From NCBI GenBank assembly GCA_004022145.1, contig RCNU01000007.1: DNA of 64,000 bases, one strand, 5' to 3'. Below the pieces are notes generated by a model, which saw only the letters and a list, made by a program, of their open reading frames with translations, searched no databases and was not told the origin of the DNA. Numbering within the stretch: position 1 is the first letter of the stretch; each line of letters starts with the position of its first letter. The position numbers and the translations under genes were made by a program. Below are positions 1 through 16,100 of this stretch, one piece after another. This DNA is from Paecilomyces variotii. Lineage: Eukaryota.

Positions 1-3000
1 TAGTTATTTTTATATTTACCTTAAGGTAAGAAGTAATATACCTATAGTAGTACTTATAGAGGGGGATATAGATATATACTATATTTCCCCTATTAGCTAG
101 ACTAGCTATATTAAATATATATTATTATTTAGTAAGAAATAAGATTCTTTTTATATAATATCTCTTGCTTAGTTATTATAGAGTAAATAAATATAATCTT
201 AATATTATTTTAGTCTCTATAATAATATTATTTATAATTTTATAATTCTACCTAATTATAAATATAGATATACTATATTATTAGAGTAAAGAAGCTTATT
301 CTAAGAAGAGTATAGGTAATTTTATGCTAAACTTAATATTATAATTTATTATATAAGGGAAAACCTATTAATTTATAGTATTCTAATAAAGGGAATTTAT
401 AATCTATTGCTTATATATATATTTTAATCTATATAAAATTCTATAGGGCCTTTAAATTAGGGATTTTAAAGAATCTAATAAATAATTAATATTTAAGATA
501 GGGAAGATTTTAAGTAAAAGATTAAATATATTATTATTATTATTTAATAGGATAAAATTATATCTACTATTATATTCTAGAAGAATAGATAGATTAATAT
601 CTGTAATTATTAGTATAAATATCTTCTAAAAAGATATATTAATAATCTCTATATATATTATCTTTATAGCCTATAAAATATCTTTATTTAATTAGAGGGG
701 GCGGATATTAATTCTATAACCTTTATTTAATATATCTTTAAGGGTAAATAATTAATTATGTTAATAGGAAAGGCGGCTTAAATATTAATAAACTAGTTAA
801 ATTATTCTTAAATTAAGTATAAATATAAAATATCTTTAATATACTATATAGTTAGTAAGGGCTTAAAGATACTAGATCTTTATAATAATATATTAGAATT
901 ATAGTAAGTAAAGATTATTAATATTAATAGAAGACTTTCCTATATTAGTTATTAAATCTTATCTTATATAGTTAAGACTTATTAAATAAGTAGTTTAAAT
1001 AATATAACTAAAATAGCTAAAGGCTAAAAGATTAGTTTATAATTATTTTAATATAAAAGTTATAATAAAAAAATTTTAAGTAAAAAATAATTATAGCAAA
1101 AAGTAGAACTTTTAAATTATAAAAGAGTTAAAGAATAATAAAAGAGATATTTAGAGAGATAAAAAGGGAGATTTATATCTAGCTGCTTTATTTATTATTT
1201 AGTTTTTTATTTACCTTATATTACTAGATTACTTATTCTTTAAGCTAATTAAACGCTTAGATTAATCTATATATAAGAATTAACTCTCCTAATTCTAATA
1301 GAAAGTCTTAATTAAAAAATATATTAAGATTATAATTAATTGCTAGGCCTAATAAGCAGTTAAGATTACTTAGCCTTAATCCTAAGGATAATAATCTATT
1401 ATTTAGTTAAATTATCTGAAATAGTAAATAAATATTTATTTCTAATTTTTTTTAGGATTTTAAATTCTATTTCTCTTCTATTTTTATTAGTATTAGTATT
1501 TATACTAATAATAGCTCTTTTCTTCTTATTTAATTAATATCCCGCATTTTATTTTTTTTTATAGATAAATAGTATCTATAGCAGTATTAATAGCCTTAAA
1601 ATAATTATAGGAGAATATCTTTAATATAAAATATATATAAAGTTCTAAAAACTATATAATTTATAGTAGAATTACAGTATATAGTCTAATAAGTTATATA
1701 TATAGGTTATTAATTATTAGTACAATAAGAATTAGAGATAAATATATCTAGTATATATTTTTACTATATAATTATTAAATATATCTTCTTATACTAACTA
1801 GTCTAATATAAACTTATAAGTTAATTTAACTATATTATAATTTAAGCTTATTTAAATAAATATTAGTTATTAGAAATGCAAAAATTTAATAATATACTAT
1901 TATCCTTAGCCTAGTAGCTATAGAATTAATATTAGATTACTCTTCGCCTATTATTAATTTATAAGAATATCTTTTAAAGCCTCTTTATAACTAATCTTAA
2001 AATTAGCTATATTACCCTAATTATAGAAGATATAATCTTAGAATTTAATATAGATTTAGTAGATATCTTAAAAGATAAAGAATAAAATAACTTTATAGGG
2101 GATTTAAATAATTTTAATTTAATCTTATTTAAGAATAATTAAGTTTAGTTTAATTATTTATTTGCTATTTTTAAGAGTATAATAAATAGATTTATATTAT
2201 TACTCTAGATTTTAATATTATATAAATTCTTTTATAGGGGAAATTACCTTATAAATAAAAATGCTAATAACTTAATATTATCTGTAATAAGAAGTAGGCG
2301 AGGATAATAAGGGAAAAAGAAGGTTATATATATAATAAATATAATAATAATATCTATAATATTCTTAGATAATAGGAATAATTATATAAGCATTTCTTAT
2401 ATTAAATAGTTAATTATTTTAATTATTAATAAGATTATCTACTTTTCTCTTATAAGAGAAATAACTTTTTTTTATTTTACCTAGTTTCTTTAATAAAAAA
2501 AATAGTCCTTTCTTATTAATTACCTCTTATATATTTATTTAATTTTTAATTATTAGGGTTTAAGTTTAAGCTATATAACTTAGCGGTATACTAAGCTATT
2601 TTTATCTAAATATTTAGTATATTTAGCCCTTAAGAATATACCCTTAGGTTATTATATACTATAAGATAATATAAAAATAATATAACTAATATAGCTAGCA
2701 GAATATAAGGCCCTATTCCTTATAAATATAAATATATATAATTAGCTTTATCTAAAGTCTTAACTTAAGCAATATTATATATATAAAGAGGACTTATTTA
2801 ATTAAGAGTCTATAACTTCTTTAAAATTATTCTCTTAATTAATAGATATAGTTAATAATTAAGTAATAAATATAATAAAGAAAGAGGCTATAGCTAGATA
2901 AGATATTAAAGAGCTAATAAAAATTATCTTACTTAATTAATTACCTATATTTATTAAAAAAAATCTATTTAGAAGAAAAATATTTATGCGGTAAAATATA

Positions 3001-3769
3001 ATAGGAAGAAATAGAAAAGTTCTTATTTATTACTTAGAAGTATAGATAATTATTTTAATATATTTTTAAGTATTATAATAGTATAATAAAGTTTAAGAAG
3101 GAGATTTTTAATTCTATAGATTAGTTTCTTTAAGTCTAGCTTATTATTAGGCTTAGAAGAGATTATAATAAGATCTATAGCTATCTATAGTTAATATAAT
3201 ATAAGAAGGAGAGATTAAGAATATTTACTCTTAGAAGAATTAGCTTATAGCTTATAATTATAATATTAAGAAAAAAAGATATTTTAAAGATCTTTTTTAT
3301 ATTAGCTTAAGATCTCTTAAATTAGCTAAGGCAATTTATTATAAGAATTAGGCATATTAAATATAATAGCAGTAATTATTTATAGGGCTATATTATATTA
3401 GCTATTAATTATTATCTATAAAAGGGGTTATTTAAAGAGTATATAAGGTTTAGTAATAAGTAAAGATATAAAGAAGGAAGAATTTTAAAAGGGAGCGCAA
3501 AAGATTCTAAGGGGAAGAGATATATTTATATCTCTTACTCTTGCTATTAAATTACCTAGGTAATTTATATATATATATTATTAGATAAAGGGTATTAAAT
3601 AATAAGGATTAAATTAGAATAATTAAGCAAATATATAGAGAAGTATTAGTTATATAATATAGCTTAATTTAATATTCTAAAGATTAAGTAAGGATAAATA
3701 AGCTAATTATATAATTAGCAGGTATATATTATAATAATAATTAGCTTAAGAAAGATAAATTATATTTGC

Positions 3770-4790
3770 TTATAAGTAAAAGCTAACTTTTTACTTAAAT
3801 AATAATTATTCTCTTATAAGGGAAAGCTAGCTTCTTATTTAAGTAATAACTTATTCTTTTATAAGAGAAATATTACTTCTTATTTAGGTAATAATTTATT
3901 CTCTTATAAAAGAAATATTGCTTTTTTAAATAATAATTATTTCTTTATAAGGGAAATATTACTTCTTATTTAAGTAATAATTATCTCTTTATAAAAAAAT
4001 ATTGCTTTTTATTTAGGTAATAATTATTCTCTTATAAGAGAAATATTACTTCTTATTTAAGTAATAACTTATTTTCTTATAAGAGAAATATTGCTTTTTT
4101 AAGTAATAATTATTCTCTTATAAGGGAAATATTATTTTTTATTTAAGTAATAACTTATTCTCTTATAAATAAAAGCTAGCTTCTTATTTAAATAATAACT
4201 TATTTCCTTATAAAAGAAATATTGTTTCTTACTCAGGTAATAATTTATTCTCTTATAAGGAAAATATTACTTTTTTAAATAATAATTATTCTTTTATAAA
4301 GAAAATATTGCTTTTTATTTAAGTAATAACTTATTTTCTTGTAAGGGAAATATTACTTCTTATTTAAATAATAACTTATTCCCTTATAAATAAAAGCTAG
4401 CTTTTTATATAGGTAATAATTATTCTCTTATAAAAGAAAGCTAGCTTCTTACTTAAGTAATAACTTATTTTTTTATAAGAGAAATATTATTTCTTTAGAT
4501 AATAATTATTCCCTTATAAGGGAAATATTACTTCTTATTTAAGTAATAACTTATTCTTTTATAAAAGAAATATTGCTTTTTATTTAAGTAATAATTATTT
4601 TCTTATAAGAGAAATATTGCTTTTTTAAGTAATAATCTTCTCTCTTATAAAAGAAATATTGCTTCTTATTTAAATAATAACTTATTCCTTTATAAGAGAA
4701 ATATTGCTTTTTATTTAAATAATAACTTATTCTTTTATAAAAAAAGTTAGCTTCTTACTTAAATAATAATTATTCCCTTATAAAAGAAAG
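3770..4790. repeat. Tandem array of 42-45 bp units, about 23 copies
   Basis: Unit is approximately aataa(c)ttattcycttataagrgaaatattrcttcttatttargt. Starts at 3801, 3845, 3890, 3932, 3976 and onward. About two stray copies at 6805-6870. Confidence 0.95.
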
Positions 4791-5074
4791 CTATTTTAAT
4801 TTAATTCTTTATTAATTATTTATATAGCTTATATTAATAAGCTATATAATGCCTAAAACTGAGAATAAATCTTTTAGAAAAAAAAGAGAGAAAATTAGAT
4901 AAAAATAATCTATTCTATCTATATTTATAGGCGTAACCTATATAACCCTTTAATATAACTAAGATTTAACCTATAATAGAAATATAAAAGTAATAAAATT
5001 TAATAAAATAGCAATTATCCTTATAGCAAATAATAAGAATTTTAATATAAAGTATTATACTAAATTTCTTATAA

Positions 5075-6695
5075 TAAGCAGTAATATCTTAAGTAGTTAA
5101 TATAGTAATATAGGGATAGGACTTATTATAATTAGCCTTAACCTTTATATTATTAATAATAGAGTAATAGTTATAAAGTAGTAATATTTTAAGCAGCTAA
5201 TATAGTAGTAATTAGTAATATACTGTGAAGTAGTAATATCTTAAGCAGTTAGCATAGTAGCATAGGGATAGAACTTATTATATTTAGCCTTAACCTTTAT
5301 ATTATTAGTAATAGGGTAATAATTATAGAGTAATAATATCTTAAGCAGTTAATATAGCAGTAATTAATAATATATTATAGAGTAATAATATTTTAAGCAG
5401 CTAATATAATAATATAGAGATAAGACTTATTATAATTAGCCTTAACCTTTATATTATTAGTAATAGAATAATAGTTATAGAATAGTAATATCTTAAGCAG
5501 CTAATATAGTAATAATTAGTAATATACCGCGAAGTAGTAATATCTTAAGCAGCTAGTATAGCAGTATAAGAATAGAACTTATTATATTTAGCCTTAACCT
5601 TTATACTATTAGTAATAGGGTAATAGTTATAAAGTAATAATATTTTAAGCAGCTAATATAGTAGTAATTAATAATATACTATAGAGCAGTAATATCTTAA
5701 GCAGCTAGTATAATAGTATAAAGATAGAACTTATTATATTTAGCCTTAACCTTTATATTATTAATAATAGGGTAATAATTATAGAGTAATAATATCTTAA
5801 ACAGCTAATATAATAGTAATTAATAATATTCCGCAGAGTAATAATATCTTAAGCAGCTAATATAATAATATAAGAATAAGACTTATTATAATTAGCCTTA
5901 ACCTTTATATTATTAATAATAGGTAATAGTTATAGAGTAATAATATCTTAAGTAGCTAATATAATAGTATAAGAATAAGACTTATTATAGTTAGCCTTAA
6001 CCTTTATATTATAAAGGAGAACTATTCTAAGCAGCTAATATAATAGTATAAAAATAGAACTTATTATAATTAGCCTTAATCTTTATATTATTAGTAATAT
6101 AAGTAATAATTGCAGAGCAGTAATATCTTAAGCAGCTAATATAATAGTATAGGGTAAGACTTATTATAATTAGCCTTAACCTTTATATTATAAAGGAGAA
6201 TTATTCTAAGCAGCTAATATAGTAGTATAAGAATAAGACCTTTATACTATTAGTAATATAGGTAATAGTTATAGAGTAATAATATCTTAAGCAGTTAATA
6301 TAGCAGTATAAAAATAAAACCTTTATACTATTAGTAATATAGATAATAGTTATAAAGTAATAATATCTTAAGTAATTAATATAGCAGTATAAAGATAGGA
6401 CTTATTAAATTATATTATTAATAATATAAGTAATAGTTGTAAAGCAGTATTTTAAGTAGCTAATATAGTAGTATAGAGATAGGACTTATTATAATTAGCC
6501 TTAACCTTTATATTATAGAGGAGAATTATTCTAAGTAGTTAATATAGTAGTATAAGAATAAGATCTTTATACTATTAGTAATATAAGTAATAATTATAAA
6601 GTAATAATATTCTAAGCAGCTAATATAATAATATAAAGATAAGACTTATTATAATTAGCCTTAACTTTTATATTATTAGTAATATAAATAATAGT
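5075..6695. repeat. Compound tandem array with a 152-bp (100+52) higher-order unit that decays into shorter variants
   Basis: The anchor cttaagcagctaatata recurs at 5240, 5340, 5392, 5492 and 5544. The motif ttagccttaacctttatatt is found only in the longer subunits. Confidence 0.93.
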
Positions 6696-9600
6696 TTTAT
6701 AATTACTATAATTATAAATATTAGTCTTTAAAAAATAAATCTCAGATTAATAATATTAAAAAAAGATAAGTTAAAATAGTAATAAATAGCTTTATATTTC
6801 TTATATAAGTAATAACTTATTCCCTTATAAAAAAAATTTAAAATCTTATTTAAGTAATAACTTATTCTTAAATTAAGGAAGTATTATATTTTTATTATTT
6901 TATTACTCAGGAATTTATTATAATAAAATTATATATTTACTAAAGAATTAAGTAAATCTAACTAGGTAAAATATAATTATACTATTATATATTTAGGTCT
7001 TATAGTAATTTAAACTAGTTTAACTAAATTATATCTTCTATTTATATTATATTTAAGGCAAATATTTTAAGAATTTAATACTATAGTTCTTATTGCAATA
7101 TTTTAAGTATAATATATAATTTATAGGAAGAGAATAGGCGAGCTCTTAATTTATAAAAATATAATTTAGCTTAATTATTATATGCCTTTAGTTATCTTAA
7201 TTAAATAAAAACACTTAGTTTTACTTTTTAGTAACTTATATAGTATTAAGATTAATTAATAAGGGGAAGATAATATAAGGGGGTGGGAACTAACTAAGTC
7301 TATTATTAAAATTAACCTAATTATATTATAATTATAGTACTTATTCTAGTTTATAATATTTAGAAAAAATTTTCTATATTAGGTAAATAATAAAGATAAC
7401 TACCTATTAAAAGAGATCTTTTACCTATAGCTTTTTCTTAATCTAGATTTTTATAGACCTTCTGCTTACCTTTAATTCCTTATATTTATTAATCTCTAAT
7501 TAAATAATATAATATATAAAAATAATAGTATAAATAATAGTAAGTTAGTATTTCTTCTATTTAAGATTAGAGGTTAGAATCTCTTAAGTATATTAGAAGT
7601 AATTAATAAGGTTATAATTATTATTCTAGTTATATTCTATAATATATTTATTAAATGTAAATATAATCTATTTAGGTATACTTATTTATAAGAAAATATA
7701 AATCTATAGCTAAATTATAAAACCCCTATAAGGCGCTGTTATAGGTAACTATATTTTATATAGCTCTTTAAAACTATTTGCATAAAATATACCGCTGCTT
7801 AGCTAACTAGAGAATATTTAAATATAATTTTTTTAAATAGCTATAGAGAGAAAATAAATAATAGTCTTTAATTTAGCTGCTAGTCTAATAATATATTTAA
7901 TATATATTATTATATTGCGGAAGTATTAGAATTAGTTTAATTAAGAGAGGATAAGAGAATTTATAGAGTATATAGATTTAGGCTTATTAGCTATCTTTTA
8001 AAGGATCTTTATAAAGTTAAATAGAAGAATTTAATATTTAGTATTTAGCGCCTAATCTAGATTCTAATGCTTAGGATTAATATAGTTATATATATAAATA
8101 GAATATATCTTTAGGTAAATCTATTATATTAATAGCTATAGATTCTCTTTATAATTATTAATAATCTTTTATATAGTTATAATATAGATATTATAATTAT
8201 ATCTCTTTATTTACTACTATAAATATTATATAATATAGTTATATATATAGATAGTGTAGAAATAATTAAAAAAGATTATTACTTATATTATAATATTAAA
8301 TCTATAGTAAAAAGAATCTCTTAATATAGGTCTAGTAAATTATTCTATAGTAATTTATTAATAGATATATTAAGCTATATGCTTACTATAATAGATAATT
8401 AATACCTTAAGATATACTAACTAAGGCTTATTTAAATCTTTAATAAGGGGCTATTTATTTAATACTAGAGTTTATTAAGTAAGTAAAAGAATATCTAAAT
8501 CTATATAGAGCTAATAGTAATAATATAGATAGTTCTAAGAATTAATATAGTATAGAATATAATATAATAGTATATATTAGTCGCTAATAACTATATAATA
8601 GCTAAAATAATTAATAATTATAACTGCTTCCTGCGCTATAAGTAATAAGATAAGCTTTTTATTTTAAGCCTATTGCTATAAAAAGCTAAGCTAAATTATT
8701 TTAAAAAAATAAAGGTATATAATTATAATTATAGGAAATATCTAGATTATTATATTAATAGTAGATTTAATACTTATTAATATAAGAGAAATTGCTTATA
8801 ATTGCAAATTATAATAAGGATATAGATAAAAAGACTAATTTTATAAGAGATTTCTTAAATAAGATCCTTTTATATATTTATTTAATAAAGAAATATATTA
8901 ATAAAATAGATAATTAATATAAAGGCTATTTTATAATAAGATTCTAGCCTAATAAATTTATCTATAGGGATTATAAACTATTATTCTATCTATAAACTAT
9001 ACTAATTACTTCTTATTACCTATCTTAATTATACTTATTTATATTAATAGGTATAATTATTATAATTAATACTAGAGAAAGATTTAAATAAAGGTAAGTA
9101 GATTTCTTCTTATAAGATATTCTTAAGCTTACTTAATCTTAATCTTATTATTTTATCTAAGGTATATTAATAGCAGTTCTTAATTAATTAGATAGTAAAG
9201 ATAAATAGCAGTAGGTATATTATTAATATAGTAAGCCCTTATATAACTATAAGACCTTACTTATTAAATTAAATAATATACTTCTATATATTATATGCCT
9301 AGAATTTAATTACTTATATTACTTATATTATTTAGGTTAATTACTCTATATATTTAACGGCCAGTATAATAACTCCTATTTATAAAAATAATAGAGGATA
9401 AGATACTTAATAATTATTTTAATATATATTTATTATCTATAAATAGATATTGTACTTATCTTTATAAAAACTAAATTTTTTAGCCTATATTATTAAAAGA
9501 TTAATAAAAAGCAATAGATATTTATAAGAGAGAGATTATAATTTAATAGCAATATTATAAAAAAGATAAGAGATATATTCTATATTAATATATTTATATA

Positions 9601-11948
9601 ATTTAAGGTCTAATATAACTAATATATTATCTGGGTATAGTTAATAATATATACTTAGAATAGAGTTAATTACTTTATTATTATCTTTAAAATTAAAGGC
9701 AGTTTTAGAGAGATCCTTATACTTTATAAATATTAGTAAGTTTTTAAGCTTTAAAGATATAGACTAATCTTTAAATATTAATAAAGAATAAAGCTCTATA
9801 GGTAGATCTATTATAAAATTATCTTAATTTCTCTTATAAAATAAATTAGCATTTTCTATCTTAAGTATAAAATTATATTTATATAGTTTAAGATTAATAT
9901 TACTTCTAAAAGTATATATATAAAAAATTAGAATTATATTATATTATTATTTATCTATTAAGATATTCTCTTATTAGAGAAAGAACCCCTCCTATTTATT
10001 AATAAAGATTTATTAGAAATAATATTATTATTATATGCTTAGTCTTATAAAATTAGGTCTTAAGATCTGCTATTTATATAAAATATTATATATAACTAGT
10101 TTAGCATTTTCTTTAAAAATAAAATAGATATAATCTATAAGTATTTATATATATTTTAGGGAAAAGGCAGTTATTATAGCTTTATCTAATAATTCTCCCC
10201 TATATATAATAATAAATTATATAAATTATTTATAATCTTTTATTAATTAAAAGCAGCGCCCTTATATAAAGTATAAGAGAAGATTACTAATATTTAGCTA
10301 ATACTTAAAGTTCTAATAATAGAAGATAAAAATAATTATAAATAGAAGATTATTACTATTAAAATAATTAAATATATAATTTAAGTTATTAATAAGATAA
10401 AGATAATTAAGGTAAAAAGTCCTTATAAGAGCCTTAGGTTTTTATAAAGATTTTAATCTATAATCTCTATATAAATAATTATTACTACTATAGTTAATAT
10501 AATATTATTTATAAAATATATTGCAGGCTTTATTAAAATTAAATAAAGAATAAAATATAGTCTTAATAAAGTTAAGTACTGCTAATTAATTAGTAACTTA
10601 GTTAGATAAAATAATAGGCAGATAAATTTATAAGTAATTATTATAGGGGTTTTATAGTTTATAGATATAATAGTTTAATTATAAAGATTATTATTATCTT
10701 TATCTAGATTAAGAGTATTAACTGCTTATTTAGGTAATTTGCTAAAGAGTAATAGATTAAAACTAAAATTATTTATTATCTTATTATTGCTTTTAATATT
10801 TATAATATAAGCTTTATTTCTATTAGTTAGAGTATTATAATTAGATAAGTCTTAAATAAGACTATTACTCTCTTCTATCTTAATTAAGTTTATTAAAGAT
10901 ATAGAGTATTAATTTATTAGTAGCAGGCTAATTAAATATTTAGATATTAAGGCTATTAGTAATTAACTAAGTAGGGCTTTAGTAAAGAAGTTAAAAGAAT
11001 TTAAAATAAGCTTTAAAACAGCTGTTAATTAATCTTTATAGTCTTAATTTATATCTTTTACTAGTATTTAAAATAAGGTTAAAATTATTATATTAATATT
11101 ATTATTAGCAGTAAGGGAAATATTAATATCTATTACTAGTAATAACTAGCTTATTATAAGTATTTACAAATTATTAATAACTTTAATATCTTATATTTTA
11201 AGGGGGTTATTAATAATTAATATAGAGACTTTTTATTAGATCTTAGTAATACTACTAGATAGTTTAAAGGCTAAATAACTTTATTAATATAGCCTTAATT
11301 ATAATAATATAATTATTATAGTATCTTCTAGTAGTTATATTCTTTTATATATTTGCTTATTAGAAGTTCTCTAACTTAAATTAGAATAAGATTATTAAGA
11401 ATTTAAAGTACTGCTAAATTAACTAGGGCTATTAAGAAAATCTTAAATAGCTTATTAATTTAATTCTTATTAGCTATTAAGTTTCTTTAATAGTATCTTT
11501 AATTAATAAGGTATAGTATAAAATTAATAGTATAGTACTTTATTATAATAATAAGATTATAAATTAATTTTTAGTAAAAAAATACTAAAATAATAGAATT
11601 TTTTTTCTTAGGGGCTTATAATAGATAAATGCCCTAAAATATTTTACTGCTTATAGATCCCTTAATTCTCTTATAAAGGAATTAGATTAAATATAGCAGT
11701 TAACTATTATTTCTAAATTATATTAATTTACTAAGATTTTACTAAAAGAAAAATACTTAATTATATAGTAATACTATCTGTATTAAAGCTAATATAGGAG
11801 GATTACAATATTATTAAAAGGAAATTACTTAATAAATATTATTAATAATAATTAATTAAAATATTTAAGTACTTAAATAATTAAGTAATTATTAGTTTTA
11901 TTTTAAGAATATTTTATAGACTTTTATTATAATATTAAACTATATTAT

Positions 11949-12203
11949 TATTAAGGTGCGGGCTTAGAGAATAAGTTAAAATAAATAGAATAAAGTAGTT
12001 AATATTAGGACTAGCTATAAGATCTTTATTTAGCTAATTTAGACTAGAATAGGCTATTATAGGTAGGCTTAATAAATAAGATATAGCTTAAAAAACTTAA
12101 ATTTAAATTAAGCTATATATTAAAGATATCTTTATAAGGTTATATAATACCTTATATAAGTATTAGCCGGTAAATCTCTATCTCTTATACTAGTATTATA
12201 ATA
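11949..12203 (-). repeat. 3' LTR (255 bp)
   Basis: tattaaggtgcgggc...tagtattataata aligns at equal length with 17638-17892. Confidence 0.95.
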
Positions 12204-12221
12204 ATACTCCCTTTCTTAAGG
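12204..12221 (-). promoter_or_regulatory. Polypurine tract
   Basis: The minus strand reads ...aagaaagggagtat immediately before the 3' LTR. Confidence 0.75.
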
Positions 12222-12229
12222 TTAAGCTT

Positions 12230-15200
12230 TATTAAGACTATTTTCTAGCTTTAGCTTATTTAAATAGCAGCAGTAAAAGTTAGTAATAATCTTTTAAGTA
12301 TATTATAGGTAATATATAGGCTTTTTAATTAGGTTATTATAACTTAACTATTTAATAATATATTATAGTTAGGGGCCTTTATACTTATAATATTCTTATT
12401 AAGAGTCTAGGATATTTTTAATAACTTATTCTTTAAGGCTATTAACTTTAATAAGTAATAGTAAAGATTATCTTTATTTAGGTATAAAGTCCTTAGTAAT
12501 AAGGCAGAGTAGGCTAATATTAAATATAGAATAGATATATATTAAGGTAAATAGATTAAGCTAGTAAGTATATAAGTTAATAATCTTAATAATATAGAAT
12601 AGGCTAAGATTCTTTTAATTAAGTTTTTTCTAGGGATACTAAATATAAATATTCTAAGTATTTAACTAGATAGATTATCCTATATAATAGTAATAGGCTA
12701 AGGTTTAATAATAGTTAGTTTACTCTTTATAATAAGCTTAGGTAATATAAATTTAAGTATAAATATAATTTATAATATCTTATATCTTTTTAATAAAGGT
12801 TTTAATATCTTTAATAGTAGGCTAGTTTATAGACTAAATAGGCTTAAATCTTATATATAAATAGAACCTATAGTTAGTAAAGAAGGATAATACTTTAATA
12901 ATCTTAGAATAATAAGAATTTAATATAAACTTAGCTAGAGGTAGCTAATTAACCTAATTATCTTATAAATAGCTAATATAGGCGCGCAAGTATTATTTTA
13001 AGACAGTATTTATTCTCTTAATCTAACTATTAGTCTTAAGATAATAAATAATAAATAGCAGGTTTATAATATTTAAATATTAAGTTAGGTATTTTTAAAA
13101 AGTAGTAATAAACTAAAGGCTTTAATTAAATATTATAGTCTTTAATAGCTTATAAAGCTTCTATATATAGCAGATATATAATTACACTATTCTTTTAATA
13201 TTACAGATAGCTTAATAGAGAATAAAATACCTTATTTTTATAAATTAGTCTATAATAATTAATATAGTATTATAATCTTAGCAAAATATAAATCTAATAA
13301 TAAAATCTATTAAGATATTTTACTAAGAGTATTTAGGGATAAAGAGCTAGCGCAAGACTTCTTAATAGCTTTTATTTAAGGGTATAATATAATAGTAAGT
13401 ATAGTAATTTTGAGTCTAGCAATCTATATATTAATATATATTTAGCTAATAATACTCTTATAAAATTAGGTTATAAAGCTTATATTTTCCCGGGTATTTA
13501 AGTATATATTTATTATAATATTCTTATAATAAATAGGCTCTTAGCTTATTATAGTTAAGAATATATAGGTAGTCTCTATAATATAGATATTTTCTTCTTT
13601 ACTAGTAATTAGCTAGCATAATCTTAAGATAATAATTAGCTTTATAATCTAAGGCTTATAAAATAGACTATATTAAATTATTAAATAGGTAAGCTATATT
13701 TAATAAGTCTTTAATATTAGGTAAGTACTCTAATTTATTAAATATAGCGGGGGAATTTAATTAGTCTTACTTAATAGGCTAGGCTACTTCTTTAATAAGC
13801 TAAATAATCTTTTTAATAAACTAGATTATCTCTTTAATAGGTTAAATAATCTTAGTAGATTAATTAGGCGGCAAGATAAATTAAATAAGTTCTCTAGGCT
13901 AAATAGGTTAATTTCTTAAAGTAGGTTAGGCAGATATTCCTATAGATTTAATAAGATTTTTAATCTTTTAAGCTATTAGATCGGTAAAGTAAATATACTT
14001 TACTATTTAATTCTTAATAATAGCTTCTAGTTTTAAGGATTTCTAAATCTATAAATTAAGATTCTCCTTTTTTAGAACTGTCTAGCTCTAATGCTATAGC
14101 TATTTATTCCTCTTCTTAAAAAAATCCTTTAATCTCCTAGTTAGAATATTAGGCTTTATTTTTTACTTTTTAGGTTAATATATAATTTAGAAGTTAAACT
14201 AAGATAAGAACTTAGATTAATAAGCTTATTGCTAGTTTAATAGTTTAATTAATATAAAATATTTTAAATTATAATAGTTTATAATAACTTTAATTAGTAA
14301 TAATATACTTTTAAGCTTAAGGCGCTATTCCTTAAAGCAGTAAATAATTACTAATAGCTTTTTATTATAAATCTTATAATTATACTTTATAGTAGAGAGC
14401 TTTTTTAAGAAAAATATAATAAGATATAGAATTCCTTTATTATTATATTAGGATATAATTCTAGTTAATATATAGTTAGATAAGTTAGTTTTAACTATAA
14501 TCTTATAAATCTAGTTAAATAGCTTTAAGATTAGAGCTTAAATAAATACTTTTTTTAGAGCTTTAAAACTAGACTAATAGATAATTATCTAATTAAAGGG
14601 AACTCTCTTTTAGGTTAAGTTTATAAGTAATATAATTATCTTAAAAAAGTTATAAATAAACTAATAATAAAAATTACTAAACTTAATAAAAGCTTATATA
14701 TTAATTATATAGATTAGGGTCCTCTATTTAGCAATTATTTTTACCTTATCTAAGTCTATTTTAATATAGTCTCGGCTAATAATAATACTTAAGAACTTAA
14801 TCTTAGAGATAATAAACTTATATTTCTAGATTTTTATATATAAGCCTATTTTATATAGCTTTTATAAGATAGCATAAATATATTAGATATATTTAGAATA
14901 AATTATGCTATATACTAGGATATTATTAAGATATATAATATAAAAGATATTAAGATAATTTTATAGGATATTATTAATAAACTATTAGAATATTGCTAGT
15001 ACTTTTATTAAGCTGAATAATATTATTAATAATTTAAATAGGCTAAGTTAGGTATAGAAGGCAGTTAGATATTCTTATTCTTTTTTAATATAAAGATTAT
15101 TAAATACAGAAATAATATTAATCTTTATAAAGTACTTTATTTCTTTTAGGTTATTTAGGGTTTTCTTAATTAGAGGCAGAGAATATTAGTCTTTAATAAT

Positions 15201-16100
15201 TATTATATTTAAAGCTTAATAATCTATATAGATCTATATTCCTTTACTAGGCTTCTTAATAAATAGAATTAGAGAAGTAATAAGCGATAAGCTTAAGTAA
15301 ATAAATCCCTTTTTTAAATTTTCTTTAATTTATTTCTTTAAGATCTTTAATTTATTTTAAGATATAGTATATAAGAGTTTAAAAAAGAGCAACTTCTTTT
15401 TTAATAACTTAATATTATAGTTATAAAAATAATATAATAGCAGGCGCTTAGCCTTTTTAAGAGAAAAGATATTAATATAATTCTTAAACTCTTTAAATAG
15501 TAAACAGGTAAGGTTTTTTTCCTAGACTTATTTAATCTTTAGAGTAATATCTAGGTCCTCTAAGGTAATTATAAATATTTAAGTATTTTTTTAGGTATAG
15601 GTAAAATAGGCGGCTAAAAAAATAAAGGCTATATTTTTTTCTTTTAGTCCTCTAGGTCTTAGGGGCAGGTATTAAAGTAAAGCCTTTAAAGGAATATTAT
15701 ATAGGGTGGGTATTTTAATTAGCTTTAAAGATATATTATAATTCTTTTAATAATAATTACTATTAAAAATAATATTATAGATAATAAATTATAAGTGCGG
15801 GTTATAGTGCTTTAATTAAAAAAGTCTTAAAATAATAAGATAATACGCTAGTTAAATAATATAGAACTTAGTATCTTTTTTAAAATAATTCTTAATTCTT
15901 ATATCTATTTAAATATAGTATATAATCTTCCTATTCTCTAGTTCTCTTTTATTAAATATATATAGGGTAATTAGACTTTTTAAGGGGATAAGCTCTAATT
16001 TCTAATCTTTAGCCTATTCTTAGTCTATAAATCTTTATCCTTTAGCTCTAGTATTAAGCAGGGCATAAATTAGTAGGTAGATCTTCTTTTTTTTTTTCTA
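12230..16100 (-). pseudogene. pol: Gypsy pol relic (protease, RT, presumed RNase H, integrase, chromodomain); ends approximate
   Basis: Literal reading then de-RIP reading. ALLNTRA > ALLDTGA (16044-16064). TAFYT*LSLFKLLIILFSL > TAFRTRxGLFESLVMPFGL (about 15010-15068). YLNNILVY > YLDDILVY (14910-14933). LFIIYYLKTNS*IKR > LSTxYHPETDGQTER (about 13014-13067). L*YIIK*LSYNNLIKKP > LQYxVKWSGYDDPTEEP (about 12322-12372). Confidence 0.93.

Noticed and set aside
8400-10320. Possible + strand relic ORF in element X
   Set aside because: Parts read as protein-like after de-RIP, but there is only one copy and no motif I can assign, so it is not supportable as a feature.
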